A DNA stretch of 63,614 nt, filler included, from Pirum gemmata (lineage: Eukaryota), in the NCBI GenBank assembly GCA_002812295.1. It is 19 parts of 19 records of this genome, joined end to end, with 100 filler letters (N's around TTAATTAATTAA, not from the genome) between each part and the next. Parts side by side here need not be neighbours in the genome. Positions count along the whole stretch, not along the records: positions 40,483 to 43,694 come from PDIN01003124.1; positions 43,795 to 47,031 come from PDIN01003125.1; positions 47,132 to 50,338 come from PDIN01003126.1; positions 50,439 to 53,674 come from PDIN01003127.1; 15 more parts are not named here. The stretch is one strand, 5' to 3'. This document shows positions 41,145 through 51,114 of the stretch, piece after piece. How positions within the stretch are numbered: position 1 is the stretch's first letter; each line of letters starts with the position of its first letter. The notes under the pieces were generated by a model. It made no database searches. It saw only the letters and a list, made by a program, of their open reading frames with translations, and was not told where the DNA came from. The position numbers and the translations under genes were made by a program.

Positions 41145-43181
41145 TTATATTTTAAATAATTAAAATTAATCAAAACCGTAACCCTAACCCTAACCCTAAC
41201 CCCTAATCCTAATTTTAACCCTAATACTAATACTAACCCTAGCCCTAACCCTAGCACACTAACTCTAACCCTAAAACTAAAACTCAAACTAACCCCCTAA
41301 TCAGAACACTAGTACTTAATAATATAAAAATAAAATTATTAATATTAATACTAATTATACGTAAAAGTACACATTATTAATTGTAATGTACATATAATTA
41401 TAATGCATATTATATTATTCATTAAATCATATATTACTAATTATAATACTGTAGAATTTTCAAAAAACCAATTCGAATTTTATAAAACTAAAAAAAAAAT
41501 TCAGTAAAAAATAAGAATAATTATTATAATACAAAATAAAAAATAAAATAGAAAACTCACTAAAAACAAGTTATTTTGCTTATCTTGGTTACTTTGACTA
41601 TTTTGATTTTTTGGGCTATTTTTTTTATTGGTGTAGTGCTTTTCAGTTGTTTTGTCATCATAAAAAAACAATAAATAGTACCAAAATAATACAATATAAA
41701 TCCATTTAATTTAATTTGGTATATTTTATTATCTATGTATTGATTTAAAAATGACAATTTAAAGATTATAACCCTCAAAATAAATGAAAAGAACTATGTT
41801 ATTATGATAAATATTGGTTATGTTGCTATAATTTTTGCTATAAGGCCCCTAAATTTAGGCCTCTTGCTAAAAATTTTATTATCTAGAAATAATAATTAAA
41901 TTTTTAATGTTATACTACATAGTAATAATTATGTACAACCAATCCAAAAACAAAAAAAACAAAAAAAAAAAAGAAATAATTATTTTTCTTGCTATCATAC
42001 CTTTTTTTAGAAATTTCTTAGTTAGAAACTTTCAACTAGGTTGAAACCAGATCTACAGCTAAGGTTAGGGTTATACGGTAAGGGTTTTAATTAAGGTTAG
42101 GGTTAGGGCTAGCTAGGGTTAGGGTTTGGGTTAGGGTTAGAGTTAGGGTTAGAGTTAGAGTTACAGTTAGAAACTTTCAACTAGGTTGAAACCAGACCTA
42201 CAGCTAAGGTTAGGGTTATACGGTAAGGGTTTTAATTAAGGTTAGGGTTAGGGCTAGCTANGGGCTAGCTAGGGTTAGGGTTTGGGTTAGGGTTAGAGTT
42301 AGGGTTAGAGTTAGAGTTACAGTTAGGGTTAGGGTTAGGGTTGGGCTAGGGTTAGGGTTAGGGTTAGGGTTAGGGTTAAATAAACAAGATTTTAATTAAT
42401 ATCATATTAATAGTATAATTATTTATTAAAAGTAAGTGAATCAATTTTAAATATTAATAAATTTAAAGTTTAGTATTTTATATGTAGAGAGCATTTTTAA
42501 TTAGGTTTTGTGTGTCTTATATTTCAACGTAATTTTGTAATTTTTTCATTTTAATTTTGTAAAATTTCAAAAATATTTTCACTTTTAATTTTTTCACAAA
42601 ATAACATTACAAAATTAATTTTGTATAAACTTTTTATATAGACACTTTATATGCGATAAAAAGTGATAAATGTACGAATTCTGGCCATGGACTTATTATT
42701 AATATAATAAACAATTTTAATTATTAATATAACATTATCTTAAAACAAAACCAACTTATAATTGTTAATACCAATCGCATTGGGTAACTTTAAATACAGG
42801 TTACGAACCATTAAATATTAATAAAGTTTAGTATTTTAATAAACTAAACTTTATTAATATTTACTTACTTATATAATTATACTATTAATCTTGTTTATTT
42901 AATACTAATTATAACCCTAACCCTAGCCTTAGCCCTAGCCCTAAACCACAAAAGCAAATTAAAAATACTCTCTAAATATAAAATACTAAACTTTATTAAT
43001 ATTTTATTAATTCACTTACTTATATAATTATATATATACTATTAGTCTTGTTTATTTAACAGTTAGAATTAGGGTTAGGGTTAGGGTTAGGGTTAGGGTT
43101 AAGGTTAGGGCTGGAGACTACCCCGAAAAAAACAAATGAAAAAAACTAAGAAAAGAAAAACATACAAACACACTAAACGAT

Positions 43182-43265
43182 TATATATATAGACGTTAAT
43201 TGGATTATTTACATTCTTAAATCTATTTAAGAATGTAAATAATCCAATTAACGTCTATATATATA
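43182..43265. repeat. Perfect hairpin: 41-bp arms, 2-nt centre
   Basis: 43182-43222 is the exact reverse complement of 43225-43265. Confidence 0.95.
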
Positions 43266-44362
43266 CATATAGATAATTAACTTACTAACTGACTAACTAG
43301 TATTCTGATTAGGGTTAGTGATTTATTATCACATGTTGTATGTTGTTGTTGTTGTTGTTGTTGCTGGAGCTTCTTTTGAAATTGGCTGTGCTTGTGGTTG
43401 TTGTACATGGTGGTAATGGTGGTAGTGGTAACGTTGGCGATGGTTGCGGCTGTTGTTGATCATGATATTGAGATTGTTAATATTAAAGTTGTTGTTATTG
43501 TTATTGCTGTTTTGTTGCAATTATTGTTGTTGTAGCGATATTAGTTGCTAATATATTAATTTTAATTTCAAAATTTATTTTGTTGTTGTTGCTGTTGTTG
43601 TTGTTGTTGCTGTTGTTGTTGTTATTGTTATTGTTGTTATTGTTATTGTTGTTGTTGTTGTACATGTTGTTGTTGTTGTTGTTGTTGTTGTTGTNNNNNN
43701 NNNNNNNNNNNNNNNNNNNNNNNNNNNNNNNNNNNNNNTTAATTAATTAANNNNNNNNNNNNNNNNNNNNNNNNNNNNNNNNNNNNNNNNNNNNAGTTAT
43801 TATAATATTATATATATGTTATATATATATAATTATATTATATTGTTTACTAAGGGGACCGCATTGAAAGGTATAGTATTCTTGTAAATATTGATTATAA
43901 TATACTAAGCCTAGTAGTTCGCGCATTATGAGTTGAAAACACATATTGTTATAACGATATAATATAATTATATATAATATTATATATATTATACGTTACT
44001 GAGAAATTTGTTACTACATTGCAAACGTAACAATTATATTGGAGCACAAGTAATGGTCCAAACTCGATCTTCTTTTCTGTTATTATGTTCACTCTTAATA
44101 GCAAACGTAACAATTATAATATTTCATATTTACTTTTTTTAAAAAATAATATTTATTTAAAGTAAATTTTATTTTTTTTATATTAATAAAATATTTATTT
44201 TTTAATTAAAACATTGTATATACAATAATCAACTATGATAATTTTAATTGAACATAAATTTTATTAAAACATTAAATTAATTGTGCCATTTTTTTTTTTT
44301 TAAAAAAAAATAATAATAATAAGAAAATAAAGACATAATATTATTTATCAATGCGCGATAAA

Positions 44363-45586
44363 TTAACGCTTAGACATTGGAGCACAAGTAATGGTCCAAA
44401 CTCGATCTTCTTTTCTGTTATTGTGTTCACTCTTAATAGCAATAATTGTATCATTATCATTCAAGCATTTCATATCCATGTCTTCGTCGAATTTAGTTGC
44501 AGGTAATTGATAGGCGCCTTTCTTAGTAATTTCTAGACGATTTTGTACTTTACAATAGGTAAAAGTAAATTCTCTATCTTCATATCTGTTACTGTGTTCA
44601 GATTCCATAATGGTTAATACACTATTTTTAGGTACTTGCCAATCCATATCATTATCAAAGCTATTGATTTTTTCTTTTCGGCAACTATTTTGTTTCCAGA
44701 TAGGGATTTCAAACTCGTTTACCTTAACTTGCCAACTACGATCTTCCTTCCTGTTACTGTGTTGGGATTTAAAACCACCAATAATAGCATAAGGGCTGTT
44801 CACAGCCCCTTTTTGAGATCGGTCCATTTCGTTTCTGGCAGTATAATAGGTGCCAGAGTAAACTTCAGATAATTCTCGATCATCGTCTTCTCCATAATCG
44901 TTGTCCTCTTCTTCTTCATAATCCTCTTCTTCTTCATAATCCCCTTGTTCTTCATAATCACCATCATTATCATCATCATCATCATCACCATCATAATCAC
45001 CATCATGACCATGTATATCAATAGGTGCACAGGTAATAGTCCAAGCACGATCTTCTTTTCTATTATCATGTTCGCTTTTAATGGCAATAATAGTATCCAT
45101 ATCGTTCAAACAAGCCATATTAAAATCAGCGTCATAGGTAGTTTTTTGTAATTGATAAGCACCTTTTTTCGTTAATGCTAAATTGTCTTGTAATTTGCAG
45201 TATGTAACCGTAAACTCTCGGTCTTCATGACGGTTGCTATGTTCGGATTCAAAAATAGTTAAAATACCATTTTTAGGCACATTCCAATCAATATCTTCAT
45301 CAAAGTTATTTAAACGCTGTTGTTTACAACTGTTATCTTTCCAGATAGGGATATCAAACTGACTTATCTTCATTTGCCAGCGACGATCTTCTTTACGATT
45401 ACTGTGTTTGGATTTAAAACCGCTGATAAGTTCGTACTTACTTTCGGTAGCCCCCCTTTGTGAGCGATCGTAAGAATTACGAGCAGTGTATCGACTACCA
45501 GTGAAAGGGGTTTTGGAATGGCTTGGGTGAGCATCAATAGTGGTGGAAGCAGCAAAAGCTAAAGCGGCGATGTTGAAGAATTGCAT
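44363..45586 (-). CDS. Secreted protein with two tandem dermatopontin (DERM / amebocyte aggregation factor-like) domains and an acidic linker
   Basis: Signal peptide; six SxHxNRxEDRx(W/F) motifs (three per domain), most preceded by an N/T-x-(Y/F)-D-like motif, the dermatopontin repeat signature. Confidence 0.85.
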   Translation of the reverse strand: MQFFNIAALAFAASTTIDAHPSHSKTPFTGSRYTARNSYDRSQRGATESKYELISGFKSKHSNRKEDRRWQMKISQFDIPIWKDNSCKQQRLNNFDEDIDWNVPKNGILTIFESEHSNRHEDREFTVTYCKLQDNLALTKKGAYQLQKTTYDADFNMACLNDMDTIIAIKSEHDNRKEDRAWTITCAPIDIHGHDGDYDGDDDDDDNDGDYEEQGDYEEEEDYEEEEDNDYGEDDDRELSEVYSGTYYTARNEMDRSQKGAVNSPYAIIGGFKSQHSNRKEDRSWQVKVNEFEIPIWKQNSCRKEKINSFDNDMDWQVPKNSVLTIMESEHSNRYEDREFTFTYCKVQNRLEITKKGAYQLPATKFDEDMDMKCLNDNDTIIAIKSEHNNRKEDRVWTITCAPMSKR

Positions 45587-45700
45587 GATTATTTAATTTA
45601 TTATTATTATTATTATTATTTAGATAAAATAAATATTAGTTGTTATATTATTATTATTATTATTTATTAGAGAGGTTTATGAATTAATATACAATATTAA

Positions 45701-45770
<70 letters not shown>

Positions 45771-47409
45771 CCATTTTTTTAGACTTTTATACATTTTTTT
45801 TCTATATTATTTATTACATAGTATATATAATAATACACGATTTTACTGAAAACGTTAGAATCTAAATAAAGCTTTTCCATATATATTAAAAATGCATTTC
45901 TCAGCACACGTTGATAATCGTTGATACTAGACGTTGATAATCGTTGATACTAGACGTTGATAAACGAAATAACAACCTTTTTTTCATAACTATCAATACT
46001 AACTATAGCTATATAGTTCTATATCCACATCATTCCGAAACCAGTTAGAAACAAGCAGAGCGCAATCTACATATACCTCTGTTCATTTTCAATCACATAA
46101 TCCTAATCCTAACTCTAACCCTAACTCTAACCCTACCCTGACCTTAACCCTGACCCCAACCCTAATATCATCATTAATTTGAAACCACCAACTTTAAGTT
46201 TGACAATGTGCAACAAGAGAAAAATATAAAATCATTTCAAGTATTTTAGTTTCTTCACCTTAGAGTATTATCTATAATAAGGAAGAACAGTATTAATTTG
46301 AAAAACTACATTCTTTTGATAATAAATATTATTGTATATATAATATATACGAGTAACTACATACGTGTTTTTGTATTATTAAATTTTATTGTTTTACAGT
46401 ATTTTACAGTAAGTGTTTTTGTATTATTAAATTTTTATTATTTTACCGTATTTTAAGTTATTTATGGTACTAGTATCGAGCGATTTACTTACCGCACTCC
46501 CTGGTGACTGTGGTAGTTTGTTGTTGCGGTTGGTATTATTATTATTATTATTGTTATTGTTATTTTTTATTGTTATTGTTATTGTTATTGTTATTGTGAT
46601 TGTTATTGTCGTCGTTGTCGTCATTGTCGTTGTTGTTGTTGTTGTTGTTGTTGTTGCTATTGTTGTTATTGTTATTATTATTATTGTTGTTATTTGTTCT
46701 TGTTATAAATGTTTGTTTGTTCGTATACATTGCTTTTCATCATTATTGTCACTGTTATGATATTACACAGCAAAAACATTCCCTGCTTTTCACATGACTA
46801 TTTTAACATGAATAATAAATCAAACCAAATTATTTAAATTGTATCAAATAGATTTATTTTTTACTAATTTAGTATTTTTTATTGTGCATAATGTATTATT
46901 ATTTTTATAAATGAACAATAAGTGTTTTTGTATTATTAAATTTTTATTATTTTACCGTATTTTAAGTTATTTATGGTACTAGTATCGAGCGATTTACTTA
47001 CCGCACTCCCTGGTGACTGTGGTAGTTTGTTNNNNNNNNNNNNNNNNNNNNNNNNNNNNNNNNNNNNNNNNNNNNTTAATTAATTAANNNNNNNNNNNNN
47101 NNNNNNNNNNNNNNNNNNNNNNNNNNNNNNNCAACTAAGATTATAATTGGCTATCCGGTTCTCAAAACTTATTTATCAACCAATAAAAAAATAATGAGAT
47201 CGAAAAATGCCTTAGCTAGACTTAGCTTGATAGACTACTAGCTAGCTTGCTCGTCACCCCCCTGGCATCATCATTGATTCATCACCCCACCATCATCACC
47301 CCCAATTTTTTTTTAACAGCCAAGCCGGAGTCAAGCCGGCTAGCTAGGCCAACCGGATAAAACAGTTGTCTAACTGTAGAAATTTTTATTAATTATTTTT
47401 TAAAAAAGT

Positions 47410-47558
47410 TAAGCGTTCAAATAATACGTCACGTCAAGGGGTAGGTAAGTAGGTGGTATTTGACCGGAAATTAACGTCGAGGGTTAGGTAGATAGGGGTA
47501 TTTGAAGCTTTATTTGACCAGAAATAATTGGCGTTACGTAGTATTTGAATGCTCCCTT
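47410..47558. mobile_element. PIF/Harbinger-like MITE (TIR ~GGGAGCRTTCAAATAxTACGT)
   Basis: GCGTTCAAATAATACGT ... ACGTAGTATTTGAATGCTCCCTTA. Related copies at ~18400-18523 and 54845-54978, and a terminus at 56950-56984. GGG ends next to TTA/TAA are typical of Harbinger (superfamily is inference). Confidence 0.6.
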
Positions 47559-47856
47559 AGTAGGATGTTCGAAACTGAAAAAAAATCCCAAAAAAAACCA
47601 TGACAAAACAACTAAAAAGCACATGTCGATATAATTATTCGGGTTAGGGTGGGTTTTAAGGGTTAGGGTTAGGTTTAATATTATTTATTTAATTTTTTTG
47701 TTTTATTCAAAATGAAATAGTTGTTATAATAATATTTACTATTTGTTTGCATAAATAAATAATAATAAAAATCCTTTTCATTAGGAACAATAACAGATAA
47801 TATTAAAATATGATATATAATATATTAAACATCACTTTATGCTACTTGTAAATAAA

Positions 47857-49353
47857 TTACTTTCTACATTGAAAGTTAAGTTGGATTGGAAACAAACCAC
47901 GGCGGTTTCTAGAGCGTCGTGATTTAGTAGGGCTGGCAGTAACAAGAGTTTCTATTTCGTTGATCAAGCCTTGTACATGAGCAAGCTCTTTCTTAGCTTC
48001 TGCAAGCTCATTAAGAAGAACGGAATTAGTGTTTTTGTTTTTGTTGTTGTTGTTGTTGTTGTTGTTATCATTGTCATTTTTCTTTTTCTCGTCATCCCCA
48101 TTTGTTTTTTTCTTCTCGTTGTTATTATTTTCTGGTTCGGGTTCGCTTTGCAAATTGATCAATTCTTTTGACCAAGACCATAATGGGTACACTAATGTGT
48201 CTTGGTTTCCCATCAAATAGCCATCGAAATACGCCAATATATCAACTGAAGCATCAACTGTTAGGTAATACTTGTCAAGACTAGGTTTGGCCACGTCAGG
48301 GATAATGTTGTTAAAAGTCATGTTATCACTGACAACAACACCACCGAGTAGATGCAAACCAGCAATGGCTTTAATACCAACATTACCTTCAACTAATTCA
48401 TAAGGATCTCTCTTTTTCAATGGAATACTAAGATTGATAGCGGCGTTAGTTTTCAAAACGAATGTAACATTAACATTAGCATCTACGTCTCCAACTATCT
48501 TTAATGTGGGCTTATCAATGATTGGACTGCCAATCAAAGCATCTTTAGGATGCTTGATCAACTCTCCTATGCTATTAAAGGTAACGGTATCGTTGTCGTA
48601 ATGAAAGCCGGCTTTCAATTGACCTGTCATGGAAGCATTTAGCAAACCATCGATTGCTACATCAAGTAACATACTTGGTGCGATAGTACAAATACCAGTA
48701 ATGTGAAATTCTTTGAACGTATGATTTAACAAATTGAATGTCATTTGGTCTTGATAAAAGGCATTTATGTCAAGGTCTAAGCCAGCTACTAGGTCTGATT
48801 CGTGTTGAATCCAAGTATAATGTTCCTACATAAAATATAATATATATACGAAAAATTTATATTTTGGAAAAATAAATAAATAAATAAAGCAAAAGGAATG
48901 AAGCAATATTTTTAAAAGCAAAAAAAGAAATAAGAGAAATAAAGAGAAACGACAATTGAGACAATAGCTCAAAACTAAAAGTTTACCTGAATTTGAAGGC
49001 GTAAGTTCTTGAAAACTATTTTAAAGTGAAAACCAAATTGAAATTTGATTTGGCCATCAGCGAAAGCTCTAACTTGCTCGTTTAAAGTAACGCCAAAACA
49101 ATCTTGAGTGGCGTTCAATAAAAACAAAGACATGTTAAAGTCTTTATCCACAGTGTAGTTATGAGCCACAACCAACCCATCTCCAAAAAGGATATCTTTA
49201 GCATCTTCGGCCAAATCTTTCCAGTTAATAAAAATATCTCTTCTTCGACGTTTTGCAATACTACACATTAAAAGATGATTTATGAATTATTATTTTCAAA
49301 AACAAATAACAAACGACTGGACTATTCAAAATCAAAATACAATAAAAAATAGG

Positions 49354-49414
<61 letters not shown>

Positions 49415-50044
49415 ACTTGAAAAGATTTGGGTTAGGATTAGGATTAGGATTAGGGTTAGAATTAGGATTAGGATTAGGATTAGGATTAGGATTAGGGTTA
49501 GGGTTAGCTAGGTAAACATTGGGGCATATATAATAACAATATTTTACCTTTGCATTTCATTTTCGACCAAACGACCAAAATCTTTATTATTTTCTTCTGC
49601 CATTCTTCGCACAGAAGTTTTAGCAGCAGCAGCAAAATCACTGTGGCTACTAACGGAAACGTCAAGTTCAACCAAATCATTCGGATACTTGGATGCAAAT
49701 TCATGAAGCTCAGTGCTCCACTGTACAGTTTGGAAATCATCATTACTATCGTTTTCAATATTGTGAACGTAAACAAATTTACTTTTGCAGTTTTCTACTA
49801 AAGCTAAATAGTCACGAGAAGTATCTAAGAATTTGTTCTTATCAGTAATGATCATAGATCCATCATTTCCGTTTTGAGAATCACAAGTGTAACCATCAGT
49901 TCCAAAATTTTTAACATAGCTATCGTCTGCTGTTACAACAACATTGGCATAGCCTTGCTGATCTTCATTGTAAGAGACTTGAATCTTTTCTGCTTGTGCT
50001 ACAAGGCTAAACACAAGTGTAGATACAATGATATTAAAATACAT
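47857..50044 (-). CDS. Secreted hypothetical protein, 579 aa, 3 exons: 50044-49548, 49260-48987, 48825-47857
   Basis: Signal peptide MYFNIIVSTLVFSLVAQA. Three ORF-track fragments join in frame through GT-AG introns (phase 2 and 0). Beta-strand-rich; polybasic KRRRR site. Confidence 0.8.
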
Positions 50045-50305
50045 TTTTGGTTTATTTTTGACTTTACTATTAAAGAAAAGGTTTCTAACAAAAAAAAAAA
50101 ATAAAAATAAAAAAAAATAAAATAAAATTGTTTTTGGTATATGTATTTTATATTTTATTTTTGCTTTTGCTTTGTGTGTAAACAGAAAAAGAAATTATCT
50201 TTTTATACTTTTTTTTTATTAATGATATCGTTCTGTGTTTGAACTTTGAAGGTTGTTTTTTTGCTATCATAATATTATAATATTATATTATTATTATTAT
50301 TACAC

Positions 50306-50338
<33 letters not shown>

Positions 50339-51114
50339 NNNNNNNNNNNNNNNNNNNNNNNNNNNNNNNNNNNNNNNNNNNNTTAATTAATTAANNNNNN
50401 NNNNNNNNNNNNNNNNNNNNNNNNNNNNNNNNNNNNNNAAAAAAAAATACGCTAGCGAGATTATTTATTCTATCCCGGAAGGTCACGTTTTATCTAAAGC
50501 CGAGAAGCGCGTTGTTAATCGCAAGTTTCTAGTTAAGCATCTTCGTCGTCGTTGGTTTATATTTTTTAATACATGGGCGGTACTACAGAAGGTGCACTTA
50601 ACGAAGGTGGGGTCATGAATGAAAGTGATTGGGGTGGTAATGGGGCATTAAATGAAGGAACATCTACTTTTATGGAGGGAAATATGCCGTACTGAACATT
50701 ATTCCTAAAATTTGATGGATAAGTTTATTCTTGACTACACATTGTTCGATATAATTGAAATTCTCTATTAAAACTCGGAAGCTATTTTTATTATTTTTTT
50801 TTTATCGATCATCATCATCCTTTCTTTTTCAGGGTTAGGGTTAGGGTTAGGTCATCATCATCCTTTCTTTTTCAGGGTTAGGGTTAGGGTTAGGGTTAGG
50901 TTGGTTTATTTATTTTTATTATTATTTATTTATTCATGTATTTATCATCATCATCATCATCATCATCATCCTCATTGTAATTTCATTGTAATTTCAGTGT
51001 TCTTTTTTATTTGTTATGTAGTCTCAATCATTATTTTTTTAATTTTTTTTTTTATTACATATTTTTATTAATATTTATTTGATTAAAAAAAAAACCAAGC
51101 AATAAACAACACAG

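Noticed and set aside
50439..50696. Coding-looking fragment at the contig start
   Set aside because: Two short frames (under 60 aa) with no recognisable motif; cannot be supported.
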